Below, piece by piece: positions 47,983-60,184 of a stretch of 64,000 nt of DNA. How positions within the stretch are numbered: position 1 is the stretch's first letter; every line of letters starts with the position of its first letter. A model generated the notes under the pieces. That model searched no databases. It saw only the letters and a program-made list of their open reading frames with translations, and had not been told where the DNA came from. The position numbers and the translations under genes are program-made. The DNA is from Gekko japonicus (Eukaryota), in contig NW_015177070.1 of NCBI RefSeq assembly GCF_001447785.1, positions 73,640 to 137,639 of the forward strand, written 5' to 3'.

Positions 47983-50368
47983 TGTATAGAGAAAGGGACA
48001 GAGGATTTGTGTTTTACCGATTTCTTTTGGTCTCCCTTGCTCAGTTCTGGTGCTGTGCTAAAAGTATGCTTGTAAACGTTTTAATAAATACTTTATGACT
48101 TTTGATGCTTGGGATGGCTCTCTGTACCAAATAGACTTCCACTGTCTTGGACACGCTGTTTTAAAAGGAGCGCCAGGGGGAAGGCAGTCAGTTGGCAAGT
48201 GGCCATTCCTCCAGGGGTGCTCAAAGCGGTAAACTGTCCCCGTGGTGACCAGACGCTGGCCAGCAGGAGACACAGAGGCAAGGCCCCAGAACTTGGAAGG
48301 GAAGCTTGGAGCCCTGACCCTCCCAGCGGGCAATTTCATACACAGGTCAGGTGGTGGTGGTGGTTACAGGAAAGTGAGAAAGAAAGAAAAGCCTCTCCAG
48401 GTGTGAGAGAAACCCAGGAGGGCAGGGCGGAAATGGGGCCTGCGGACCAGAGCAGGCCCATCCCACCACAGGAGTTACAAGAGAAGAAGATGCAGAGAGA
48501 CAGAACAGGAGTAGGGCTTGGGCATTTTTGACTGGTCTGGCTTGTATTCGTGGAAACATCTGGAAGCTTGGGGGTTAACAGCAGACTCTCCCTACCAGAC
48601 AGATTTCTCTTATGTCAAGGTTTGGGATTCCTGTGAGTCAGAAGCTGGGCTCAGGGCCACAATAATAATAATAATAATAATAANNNNNNNNNNNNNNNNN
48701 NNNNNNNNNNNNNNNNNNNNNNNNNNNNNNNNNNNNNNNNNNNNNNNNNNNNNNNNNNNNNNNNNNNNNNNNNNNNNNNNNNNNNNNNNNNNNNNNNNNN
48801 NNNNNNNNNNNNNNNNNNNNNNNNNNNNNNNNNNNNNNNNNNNNNNNNNNNNNNNNNNNNNNNNNNNNNNNNNNNNNNNNNGCCTGGCCGGAGCATCCCA
48901 CTGCCAGGGATTTTCTTAGCTGAGTAGATTCTTCCGCCTTCCGGGTCCAGACCAGGACGTCTCCAACCGAGAGCTAACACCTTCCCAGAAGGGAGTCGGT
49001 GTGCCCACCCTCTCTAAGGAGTGGTTCCCATTTTATCTACTCGCCGAGGCTTTCAAATCGCTGGGTGGACGATGAGCTGGGGATGACAGCCTGGCTGCTC
49101 ACACCAGCGCGGGGCTCGAACTGACACAGTTTGGATGTTAAGACACTGGGAGGGGGGCTGGTCTTGGCCTTGGCTAGTTCTTAAGTACATCCGGTTTCCG
49201 ATGGCCACCCCTTCTCTGGGTGACTCCTCATCCCCACTCAGAGGCCCTGACCCACCTGTAGCCTCGTTCTCAGGAGACCGCGGAGTCACACACGGCTCAC
49301 GCTAACCTGAGCTGGGGACTCTGCTCTCTCCAGACCTCAGCTGCGCTCTCATTCCCAGTGGGAAGCTGGCCCCGCCTGGCCGCTGTTCTGCAAGAGGCGG
49401 GACTCGGTTCTGGCCCTGCCCATCCTGCCAACCTGCCTGGCCCTGCCCGCCCCCGTGCTGCAGTGCCGGCACCCTTTTGAGTGGCAGGAGGCTTGGCAGG
49501 AGGCGGCCTCCGTTGCTCCAGGGGCTGCTTTGGCCTTTGACTTTTCAAGGACTCGGAGATGAGGCTGCATTCCCTCCTCTTGCTCCCTCCGTGGGCAGCC
49601 GCCTTAGGGGGCACGAAGGTCATGGGGGGGCAGCCAACCTGGCCAAGCAGAACACTTCAGCGGGCCTGGAGGTGACGCCTGGGCACCAAACAGAGAGGCC
49701 CACAAGGGGCCTGGGGAGCCAGCAGAGTCCCTCGTCAGGGAGCCCCGTGGCCTGTCACGCAGGCTCCGGCTCCTCAGGGACGGCTTCTCGAGGCAGCTGA
49801 TGTCCAGTGGCCAGAGTCAGGGCCCCAGTCCTCCCCCCAAGCTCTAGAGAGCGGTGCCGTACTCCAGAGTCCAGGTGGAACATGGAAGGCCCCGGGCCTC
49901 TAGGCATGCCCCGCTTCTCCATCCGGGGCAGGACAGGGCTCCGGCTCTCTGCCGCCTTTGCTCCGGGGGCTCTGGGGAAGACGCCAGAAGGAAAGGGCCC
50001 TCCGGAGGGGCTGCTGGTGTGCCTGCACTGCACACACCCCGGCTTCTGAATGGCAGAGAGGGCAGGGCAGGGGTCTGCCCCTGGAGGTTCTGGGCTGTAA
50101 GCAGCCTTGGATATAACGGGGACCAGCAGGGGCTCCTCTCCCCGCAAAGAAAAGGTCCTGACGCCAGCCTCCCCAAGGGTGTGAGCTCAGCTGATTTTAG
50201 TAATGAACTCATAAAGTCAAATGCCCAGCAGTACTCAGCTGGAGTTATTCGTAACGAGGGAATGTTAGAAACTTCATGTCTTTCAAGCATTCTGATGATT
50301 CTACTCAGTAATGGGGGGGGGAACGCTGGAGCAAAAGTAGCCCCCTCCCTTTCATGCCCATATCACGG

Positions 50369-50371
<3 letters not shown>

Positions 50372-50434
<63 letters not shown>
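50372..50434. repeat. (GA)n microsatellite
   Basis: Pure AG run of about 63 bp. Confidence 0.97.
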
Positions 50435-50437
<3 letters not shown>

Positions 50438-50649
50438 CTCGGCCAGCTCTTGGTCTTCTGTTGCCTGCATATTTTGTAGGAGCCCGGATGCAGAGAAGTG
50501 CCTGCCTGCACTCACGTTGTGTCATTCCGTTTTCCTGCCTGATTCTAGACAACGGAGGTTCTCCTAAACACATCCATAGCTTGGGCTACTGTTGTAACCT
50601 GCTCGTAGGCTGGGCTGAAAGGCAGGACTAAAGTGAGAGAGCCCAAGGG

Positions 50650-50998
50650 AGAAGAGGAGGAGGAGGAGGAAAAGAGTTGGATGTGTACCCTGCCCTTCAC
50701 TCAGAGTATTAAGAGTGGTGGCTAACATGCTACTTGTTGATTGTTACAATAAATAAAAATTATAAATAAATTTTAAAAAAGAGTGGCGGCTAACAAGCTC
50801 CTTCCTCTACCCACCACAGACACCCTGTGAGGCGGGTGGGGCTGAGAGAGCTCGGGGAGAGCGGCTCTTGAGAGAACAGCTCTGGGAGAACTGTGACTGA
50901 CCCAAGGTCACCCAGCTGGCTGCATGTGGAGGAGGAGGAGTGGGGAATTGATCCTCTGGGTTAGAGCCCACCGCTCCTAACCACCACACCAAACTGGC
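50650..50998 (-). mobile_element. Squam3/Ther1-like SINE containing a small retro-insertion
   Basis: Reverse complement of the 14262 family; internal 51-bp A-rich insert flanked by a 17-bp TSD. Confidence 0.85.
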
Positions 50999-51379
50999 CG
51001 CCAAAGTCCCAGCAAGATGCAGCATTCTTGTAGGACTCCTGGTGTCCAGTTCCCCCACTAAAGAACCAAATCTTGTAAGGTTCGTGGGGGATGCCACATT
51101 GCTGCCAAGTAAAGGAGGAGTGAAATCCGCAGTGGGCTTGACCTGGCCTCTTTCCCCAGTCCGTTTTCAGCTGCTTTGTACGGGGGAGCCAGGTAAGAAC
51201 CCCGGCCCCTTGAGTTGGCCTTCTCTTCTTGGCCCGTGGCCTGTTCACCCAGCAACTGAAGTCAGGCCAGTTCTGCGTGTGGTTCCTCCCCCATTTATGG
51301 ATCAGGCCCCACAGTCAGCTCATCCCTTTGATGAAGCCCCTTGCATTTCTTCAGCAAAGTCCTCCCTTCTCACAACGCG

Positions 51380-51693
51380 AGGAGTTGGCCGTGCTAGTCT
51401 GTTGCTGCAAAACAGTAAAAAGCCCAGTAGCACCTTTAGGACTAACAAACTTTATCATAGCATAAGCTTTCAAGAAACACAGCTTTCTTTGGCAGATGCA
51501 TCTGACGAAGAGAGCGGTGTTTCTCAAAAGCTTATGCTATGATGAAGTTTGTTAGTCCTAAAGGTGCTACTGGGCTCAGGGGTCATTTCGTAGAAAAAGA
51601 GCTAGGGGGACCCCCCCGCCCCTCCCCCGGGGGGATGGCGGCCCCCCGCGTCCCCCCCCCCAAATGACCCCTGACTGGGCTTGTTACTGTTTC
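51380..51693. mobile_element. Penelope-like element terminal fragments forming an inverted repeat
   Basis: 156-bp colinear palindrome 51421-51576 centred on ATG|CAT, with the characteristic gttagtcctaaaggtgctactgg and aaagcttatgc ends. Confidence 0.8.
51577..51673. mobile_element. 97-bp hAT MITE (same family as 41027-41459)
   Basis: TIRs CAGGGGTCATTT / AAATGACCCCTG; 8-bp TSD ACTGGGCT. Confidence 0.88.
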
Positions 51694-54145
51694 CCTTCTC
51701 CGAACAACACAGCTGAGGCACAGTTGTTCAGACCAAGGGACCGTCCGTGTGAGTTCCCCACCGTGGGGTCTGCCTTGGAGACTGGAGGCTGTGCCTGGGC
51801 TGGCCTGCAAAGCAGAAGGCTGCCAAGTGGAGTGGCCACCCAGAGGACTCGCGCCCCAGCAGCCCCAGGTGCGAAAGAGGCAGAGGGCACGACTCGGAAG
51901 CTGAGGGGGTCTCCTGGGACGGTGCCGACGCCCCAGCAGAGCTGGCCCCTTTGGGAAGCCCTTCCTCAGAGGCACTCTGTAGGTGCTCCCACCTTCGGAG
52001 ATGAGGCAGGCCGGCGACTCCTCAACTGCGGACCCCCCCCCCCCCCCCCCTCCACCCCCAGCTGTTCAAATGGCCCCCACCCTGATGGTTTGTAGGCGGA
52101 AACAGTTTCGTTTCCCGCTGGGCCTAATGAGTCGCGAATGAGATGGCACAATCTTCTGCTGCTGGTTTCATCTGTTGGTATTACACTGTATTTTACTGTG
52201 ACATATTTTAAACTAAGTTGAATGCCACCTTGAAGGAAAGCTAAAAGGCAGGAAGTCAATATTTTAAACCACTAAAAGGTCAACCATGTTTCCCAGGGGG
52301 AGTGTGGCTGCCGCCTGCCCCTCATTGTTGGAGTTTGCCTTTGACAACAGCCTCAGGTTCGAAGGGATGGGCCAGTTGGAAGGGGGAGGTACCTTCGGGC
52401 TGAAGAAAAGTGCTTCCTTCCACTGCTCTAGTTAGCCCTTCTCAAACAGTCTGGCACAGAGCTGGGGAAAGGTGAAAAGATGGACAACCCGAACGATCAA
52501 GGGGCTGGAGCCCCTTCCCACTGAGCCGGGGGGGGGGGGAGGAGCTCCCAGAAAAGACGGCAGGGGTTTGCCAAAACATAAATGGGAAGGAGACACGGTG
52601 AACTTGGGCTCCCCTTCGACCTCTGTGTCCCTGCAGGGGGCATCGTCACAGGGCATCTTCTGGGTGGCCGCTGCACAGGCCAGCCTTTCCCCCGCTTCAG
52701 GTGGGCATTCTGCCACTGGGCCCTCCTGTCTGCCCTGGCGTCTGGGGATGGAGGGGAAACAGCGGGGTCAGAAATGGCATTGCCCTGTGTGTCAGCGACT
52801 GGGCATCCCTACCACTGTGTGAAACAGAAAGCTAGTCAGAGGCTGCAGTCACACCAGCAGTTTGCGCTGTTATTGTTGCAGTACCTTTGTGGATTTAAAG
52901 AGCACGATCAGACAGCATCGTCTGTCTTCCATTTCCCAGTCGCAGCCGCCCTGTTCTGCCCTGCTTTGGAAGCAGAGTAGTCAGGCACTGGGGAAAGTCT
53001 GGTGTTTACGGTTGTCAGTGCTTTCACTCCGCATTTCCGGGGGGGAAGTCTGATCACTCTGTTCCGTTTTCGCTCCTTGGTTTTCTTTAGTCAGTTAGTG
53101 ATGTGCGTATAACTGCATCTTTGTGCACACAAGCAAGCTTTCAGCTGTCCTCTGAGGTGGGAAGGGAGGGAGGGAAGGGCAGGCTGAGAAGCCTCCTTTG
53201 TATTTTCTCATGCCGGCTGTTCTGCCTACAGCTTTGCAGCACGCAGGGTGGGGAAGGGGTTAATTGAAAATATGAGTTTTTCAGATGGGGAGGCAGCCTC
53301 CTGCTTCAAATAAGTGGTAGTGAGCATAAGCAAAAGACATTTTTTTAAAAAAAATAAGCTACCCGACCACCCATTCCGTGGTTGCCCCGCAGCAATCATC
53401 TGAATGGCTGACCATGGGGCAAGCGTGCAGTGAGGTTGCTTCAGGGTGTGCTGTCTGGTCACCCCTTCCCGCAACAGTTTAGACTGCCATAAACAGAGGC
53501 GCCGCCAGATTGCGCCAAGCCTCCAGAGTGACCGTAGCCTAAACGCACTTGATTCAGCGGGGCTCTTATGTTCAGCCTTGCTGGGAATCTTCCCACTCCG
53601 ATGGAGTGCCCTGGGGAGTTTCTGTCTCTCCGGCCAGGGCTTCTCTTACTCTCGTGCACTCGCCTGAACACCCACAGAGGAAACGGAGCCACGGCTCAGC
53701 ACAAGGTCTGCATTCGTGTATTCATACAAAAGGAACAATAACTTAGGAACCTCAAAGAGGCGTAAGAAGAAAGGGGCTGCCCCTCGCGCCATGTGCCAGG
53801 CCCAGGCCACCCCTGCCTCTGGCGCTCATCGATCAGCCGTCCCTCACGCCCCTGCAGAGGACGCCAAGGAGACCCTCCTCCGTGCACAGAGTGGGGGCCC
53901 TGCCGATGCCCTTCCGCGTGCCCTGGGCCTTGGCACGCAGCCTGCCTGTGGGAAGGAGTGTCTCTCTCGGAGTTCCCCTCCAGCTCTGTGCGGTGTCCGG
54001 GGCTCTGCCTGGATGCCCCCCCACAGGTCCCCTGGAGCTGCTGCTGGATCGAGGGGGCCAGGCGGGCGTGGGGCAGAGGCTGCCGTGGCACAGCCCCCTG
54101 GGCGGGATGCCTCGACTGCCGGTGGACTGGAGGAGTTGCCCACGG

Positions 54146-54289
54146 CTACTTGTCACATTCCAGCTCCTGGGCCCCCTCTCCGCTCTGGTAATGCTGCTCA
54201 CAAAACTGCCGGATGCGTTGGCAAGCCTCCGCCATCATGTCTGCCGGAACGGTGAGCACCACACGGAAGAAATTGGGATACTCAAAGCA
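54146..54289 (-). CDS. TAT: TAT last exon ([17 protein letters not shown])
   Basis: cag acceptor, TAG stop. Confidence 0.96.
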   Translation of the reverse strand, partial: CFEYPNFFRVVLTVPADMMAEACQRIRQFCEQHYQSGEGAQELECDK

Positions 54290-57200
54290 CTGCCGAGAGA
54301 AGAGGGAGAGGGCGGTTGAGCTGGCACCGGTGGCAACAAACCAGCCTGGTCCTTCCGGAGCCCAGCGGTGCTCAGGGCCACGTTGCTCCCTGGCCCCCGA
54401 GACGGCTCCAGCCCCTCCCCCTCCCGTTTTACCACAGGAGGCGAGTCCACTGGTGCCCGTGTTCGTCACGGAGGAATCCCTGCAGTCTGGTCTCAAGAGC
54501 GCCTTGAGCCTGCTTGCCCACCCCCGGCTGGCCGGCCGGCCACCAAAGAGCGGCCCTGGCCAGAAAGTCTTGCCTCCTCCCCCCTCCCCCAGAGCCATCC
54601 AGAGAGGCTGGACAGACCACGGAGCCAGGTTCTGGTGTGGCCAAAGGGCTGTTGGGTTTCCAGCCGCATCATCTGCTAATTATCTGTGACTGGCCAGCAG
54701 CTGCACCCCAGCCTTCTGGGAGGAGCAGCACCCTTCCTGCTTCATCCCAAAGGGTCTCTGTGGCTCCTTCCGGCCTGATGGGGCGGGTAGTCTTGTGCAC
54801 CATGGACGTGTGTGTGTCCACTGGATCCTTCTTACGAAAGCACGGAGGAGCAGCGAGGGGATTGTTAGCAGACTGGAATGGGGAGGCTGACTGGAAAGGG
54901 GGCTGGTGTGGTCAGTGGTTGTGGCTTCTGGGGTGGGAGTCCAGGAGTCCCTCGCTTGTCACCCTCCCCTTCACCAGCAGTCAGGGGTTGAGGGGGGGGG
55001 GCCGTAAGCCACAGGACTTGGGCAGGAGATGCTGAGCGGCACCTCATGCCCCCCCCCACCCCGGCCTCCTGGGAACCCCCACTCACTCACTCACCGTTGC
55101 AGGCAGGCAGAAGACGGACTGCTCAGCAATCAGACGCTCCGTGAACTCCACGTCGTTCTCAAACTCTGGGAAATGGTCCATCTGGATCCCAACCTGCAGC
55201 CGCAGCAAAGCGGGGAGGCGGCTGAGTTCCAGGCAGGCAGGCAGGCAGCTGAGCAGGAGCGTGCCCCGACCCCCTCCCTCGGGAGGAAAGGGCTTGCTTC
55301 ACGGGCCTCCCCCACGAGTGAGGCACTGGGGTGCTCCCCCGAAAGAACTCTGGGCGATTCCTTGGGTGGGAAAGGGCCGGGAGCGGAGGGGGTGAGAGTC
55401 ACACCGAGATCCAGCCCCGTATCCCTCACTCACCATGAGATACATGGCCCCCGAGGGCTGGACGGGGCTCAGGCCACACACAGCGGACAGGGCAGCATAG
55501 CAGAGGTCAGCGTTGGACTGGAGAGGGGAGGCAGAGAGCAGAGCAGGTCAGATCTCGCCCCCCCCCCCGCCCTTCACCTGAGGAAACTCAAGCTTGGTGG
55601 GACGAGGGTGGTGGTGGGGGGGGCGCCAGCTTCCGTTGGTCTATTCACCACAAGTTGCCCCGCCCAGTGGGGCCCCCAAACTTGAACTTCTACCACTGCA
55701 ATGGATATTGGACAGAGGCCTTCTGTCCAAGCCTGCCAAAGCCCTTTGTGTACTTTCTCATGCATCACACATCAAAGGATGGCTTCTGTCACACAAACCC
55801 CACCCACCCCGCCCAAGCAGAGGCTCTCTGTGCCTGTTCACGGGTGGCATCGCCACAGAAGAGCGCAGTGCCTGCCCCACAGCAACACCCCAGAGCTGGG
55901 GCTGGAGTTGCACTTCAAGGGGGAACAAAATCAGGGCTTCAGGAAAAGGGTGACTGAAAGGCAACCCAGGAAATGTGGGCAGGCGGCTGAGCTGATTTGT
56001 CAGAAGTGCCGGCCAGTCCTGCTTTACAGGCTTCTTTCCAGAGGCCCAAAAATACGAAATAGCATCATCGTTACATATTTTAAAAACTTACCGATGCTAA
56101 AAGGTTTACCGGATGTAGCATAATCATCCCACCAAGTACCAGTACATAAAATATCTTAGAAAAGACTACTTAGCATTTCTTAGAAAAAACATTAATTAAG
56201 CCAATGAGGCCTCTGCCACAGCTGTATTTCTGAGGCTTTAACCAGATTAAAAATCTTTCACCAACTATTTCATAGTAACTGAATAAACTTATTGATGTAG
56301 AGCTGTCTCTCTCCAGGGTTACAAAGATTTTATCTTGTGTTTATCCTCAGTTTCTGAAAAGCCTACACATTGTGTTACAAAAGACCTTCTGTGAGTCAAA
56401 TCAAACTGGCCACAAACCCTGAAAAATCCCACTGCAGAATGGTGACCAGCAAAAGGTCCTGCTATTAGGATCTCCTTTCACCTAAACCGGAGTCACCTGT
56501 AGAAGAAGCCTGAAGGCCAAAAGAGCCAGCTCCTTTACCTAACCGGGGGGGGGGGGGGAACCTACAGGGAACCTGCAGTGTGGGAATCTGCGGCGATAGA
56601 ACATCCACGGGACAGCGGAGTGCACCTGAAAGCAAACACTGATTTACGAATCGAGCCACAGAGTGCCCGTTTCTCTGCACTTTTGATACTCTAGCTCTTT
56701 ATGTATTGTGTCTATGATTTTTGCATGCTTTTTTACAATGGAACAGTTGTGTCTATAAACTTTTTGTCAAGCGCTCACTGACAAAGATGACAGGTTGAAA
56801 CATGTTTGATCTTTTATGCCCCATAATCAATGTTCCCTCTAAGCTGCAGAGCCTTGTGAGCAAAAATGCTACTTTGTGAGCTACCGGCATTAAAGTTGTG
56901 AGTGGGCGATTTGACTACTGCATAAATTAGTTTGCTCTGGAGCCAATCCTTCCTGAGCAAACACAAAAATGTGTGAGCCGGAGGCTAAAAACCTGTGAGC
57001 TAGCTCACACTAACTCAGCTTAGAGGGAACACTGCCCATAATAGTGAATAGTTTCAAAGAATAGATTGGATTTTTACATATACCTTTGCCTTTTAATTTT
57101 TTCCAGCTGAGCTTTGTCTGCGGGTGGCCCCCCCCATGGCTTTCTCACACCCCCCAAGCAGCACAGACCACTCCCTGCCCGAGGGGGGACTGAGCAACGG

Positions 57201-60184
57201 AAGCAGGGGCCACGCCCAGGTCTGGAGAAGCCGGTGGACATATACCTTGAGGAAGCTGAGGGTGTTGTGATAGAACTCCGGGGATGTCCGGTGGAGAATG
57301 CCTCTGAGCGCCCCCTGGACAACGGTGCAGGGCCCCAGGATCCTTTGGCTCAGCCTGAGCAGCCCGTCTCGGATCTGGGCCGTGGTGCACAGAAGACAGG
57401 TCAGCGGGGAGGGGACGGAGCGAAAGGCAGGTGACAGCAGCCGACCCCTCCCCCCCCTGCCCCGGGGGTCGGAGGAGGAGCCTGTGTCCCCCAACAGCTG
57501 GGAATCTGGTTCCCACCCGCTGGCTGATTGGGCGAGGACTAGCACTTCGAGGATCATGCTTGGGTGCAAGGCCTGGGCAGCCGTCTCAACAACCGGGGGG
57601 GGGGGGCCTAGCCCCGGCAGCCCTTTCCTTGCCCCCCTGCCTGCGGAGGAGCGACACGAGGGGGCTCCTTGGCCCCTCCCCCCGTCCTGCTTCCCCCGCC
57701 CCCTGCAGCTCCCCCTGCCTCACCTCCTTCCCAAAGATGTCTCTGCGGTCGTGGATGAGGATCCAGCCCATCCTCCAGCCTGGCACCAGCCAGCGCTTGG
57801 CCAGGCCTCCGCAGGAAAGGACGGGCACATTGGGGCTGACGTTTGCAAGGGCCTCGTATTTGCAGTCCTCAAACACCTGGGCACAGAGGCAGAGCGGTCT
57901 CAGTCATGAGGGGAAGGTGGGCTGGTGTTTTTAAACAGCCGTCTCTCCAAGCAGGAAAGCAGAAAGCCTGAGGAGCAAGTTCCCTTCCAGGCAGAAGCCT
58001 TGCATCTGAAAGACTCTGCAGCAGCCGGCTACCCGGTGGGGCTCTCCGAGGCTAGGTTACGATGAAGCCAGCCACCTTCGGTACACACGCAAGGAGACTG
58101 CCCCCCCCCACAGCTATGGGTCACGCCTGAAGACTCCTTTCCAGAGAGCCTACTTGGCCCTGGTCTGCGCCACTCACTCACCATCTCTGCATAGATCTCA
58201 TCAGCCAAGATGGGGACACACTGCCTGGAGGCCACTGGACCAAGGAACACAAAGCAGAAATCCAGTCAGCCACCTGGGCGGGGAATGGGGAAGCACCTCC
58301 AGCCCCAGAAGCCCCCCCCCCCCCCACCCCCGTCTCAGGGTCACAACAAGGACCCGCCTGACGGGCAGGAGGCTCCCTCCTCCAGGGCAGGGGCTGGCCA
58401 AGACTCCCGCGGGCCAAAGCGGCCCCCAGGCCCAGCCACCGCCGCTGCCTCTGCCTGGCTGCCCCAAACACCCAGCGAGGCCGGGGGGGGGGAGGCGTCA
58501 CATGCACCACCAGTCAGCCACCCCACCCCCCCGGGGGGCCCACCTGCCACAATCTTCTGGAGGTGGCTTCTGCTGAAGACAGAGCCACAAGGGTTGGAGG
58601 GATTGTTCACAATCAGGCACGCCGTCTTGGCATCCACCAGGGACTCCATCTGCTTCAGGTCAGCCTCCCAAGACTTCTCCGGCTGGTGTGAAGGAAGGAA
58701 GCAAGCAGGGAGGGGTCAGGCGTGTTCCCTCCCTCCCTCCTCCTCTCGGGCCCTTGGGGCTGGCCGGCCCCCTTGGGCCCAAGAGACGGGCCGACAAGAA
58801 GGAAGCCCTCCTGCTCTGCTTAAAGAACCCTGCCGCACCGCCGGTGCTGAGACAGATGGACGGACCCCTCCCTGGGTCGCCTCTGCTGCTCCTCCCCCTC
58901 CATCTCCCCGGCCCATGGGTGGGTGGGGGAGTGTTTGCTGGGCCACATCTTACCAAGAGGTCGTAGAATTTCACCTCAATGCCCATGGAAAGAGCCAGGG
59001 TCTTGTAGAGGGAGAAGCCAGGGCGCGGCACCAGGATGTTCTGCCCGGGGTTGGCGAGCACCTCCAGGGCCAGCTCAATGGCCTGGCTGCAGCCGCTGGT
59101 CAGAAGGACGTCCTGCCAAGAGAGGAGTGGGCAACTGTCAGCCTGGCGGCGGGAGCAGGCAGGCACACCCCCTGCCCTGCAAAGACTGCCGCCAGCAGAG
59201 GCCACCAAGCCCCCCCCCCCTTCTGGGATGCCGGCGTCTAAGAAGAGGCAGGCGGGCAGGCGAGCAGCATCTTCTGTGTGGTGATGCCCCCCCCCCATAC
59301 ACACACACACACACACGCAGCAAGGGGACTTGTTACCTGAGCTTCCAGAGGTGCTTCTGGGCAGGTGTAATACTTTGCAACCGCCTCCCGGCAAGACTGA
59401 TAACCTGGGGGGGGGGAGAGTGAAGAAAGTGCCTTGGGGCCCTTGCTGGACTTCTCAGAGTTCGGGGCGGCAGTCCCAAGCAGGCGGCTCCCCCCCACAC
59501 CCCGCCAGCCCAAAGGCTCTTGTCCGTCTTCCTCGGGGTCGTGTGGCTTGGCCCACAGAGTAGTGCCCCACCCCAGCCTGCTTCATTTCCCCATGGGGTG
59601 GGCTGCAGGGAGGCTTGGGCTGCGCTGCCCTCTTGGGCGCGTGAGGGTGGGGTCCTGCACCAGCCCAGCAGGGAGACAAGGGGAGGGGCCAGTGTGCACA
59701 CACCCGCGCACGCACACACGCACACACACTGTGAACAGGCTGACCCACCGACAGAAGGGGCGTAGCCGTTGTAGTCCCCCGTCTCCAGGGCATCCTTCAC
59801 AGCCCGCACAACTTCCTCGTCGGAAGGGAGGTTGCCAAACACCGTTGGGTCCCCTGTGGAGAAGTGAGGAAGGGCCAGAAGATCCCAGCTGGTGGCGGCA
59901 GGACAGCCCCCCCCCAGCCCAGCCCCCCCCCCGCTGGACCCCCTGGCCTCCAGCTTACCTATGGACAGAGAGATGAGGGGCTTCTCAGGATTGGGGGTCA
60001 CTTGCATGCTGTCCACAATGGCGCGGATGGGGTTGAAGGTCCTCTTGGACATATCAGAAGCCCGGACTGCCCAGTGGGGCTTGCGGCCTTTCCCTGGGCC
60101 TGGAGACAGGCCCTTCCCATGGAGGCTAAAGTGGACGTCCCGGAGGGAGGCCTTTCCCTTCACCTGGATCAGGTACGAGTCCAT
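54146..60184 (-). CDS. TAT: Tyrosine aminotransferase (PLP-dependent class I), 11 coding exons, 452 aa
   Basis: Exons 60184-59959, 59853-59749, 59404-59337, 59112-58954, 58682-58544, 58234-58182, 57876-57724, 57374-57246, 55517-55434, 55193-55095, 54289-54146. All are GT-AG and total 1359 nt. Motifs [16 protein letters not shown] lysine [16 protein letters not shown]-terminal ECDK*. Confidence 0.97.
55095..55193 (-). CDS. TAT: TAT exon ([33 protein letters not shown])
   Basis: 99 nt, cag/GTGAG boundaries. Confidence 0.96.
55434..55517 (-). CDS. TAT: TAT exon ([28 protein letters not shown])
   Basis: 84 nt, cag/GTGAG boundaries. Confidence 0.96.
56828..57034. mobile_element. hAT MITE in TAT intron
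   Basis: TIRs CAATGTTCCCTCTAAGCTG / CAGCTTAGAGGGAACACTG; 8-bp TSD CCCATAAT. Confidence 0.92.
57246..57374 (-). CDS. TAT: TAT exon ([22 protein letters not shown])
   Basis: 129 nt, cag/GTAT boundaries. Confidence 0.96.
57724..57876 (-). CDS. TAT: TAT exon ([26 protein letters not shown])
   Basis: 153 nt, contains the PLP-binding lysine. Confidence 0.97.
58182..58234 (-). CDS. TAT: TAT exon ([17 protein letters not shown])
   Basis: 53 nt, cag/GTGAG boundaries. Confidence 0.95.
58544..58682 (-). CDS. TAT: TAT exon ([26 protein letters not shown])
   Basis: 139 nt, cag/GT boundaries. Confidence 0.96.
58954..59112 (-). CDS. TAT: TAT exon ([19 protein letters not shown])
   Basis: 159 nt, cag/GTAAG boundaries. 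Confidence 0.96.
59337..59404 (-). CDS. TAT: TAT exon ([23 protein letters not shown])
   Basis: 68 nt, cag/GTAAC boundaries. Confidence 0.95.
59749..59853 (-). CDS. TAT: TAT exon ([18 protein letters not shown])
   Basis: 105 nt, cag/GTGGG boundaries. Confidence 0.96.
59959..60184 (-). CDS. TAT: TAT first coding exon ([22 protein letters not shown])
   Basis: ATG 2 nt after a tttccag acceptor; GTAAG donor. Confidence 0.95.
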
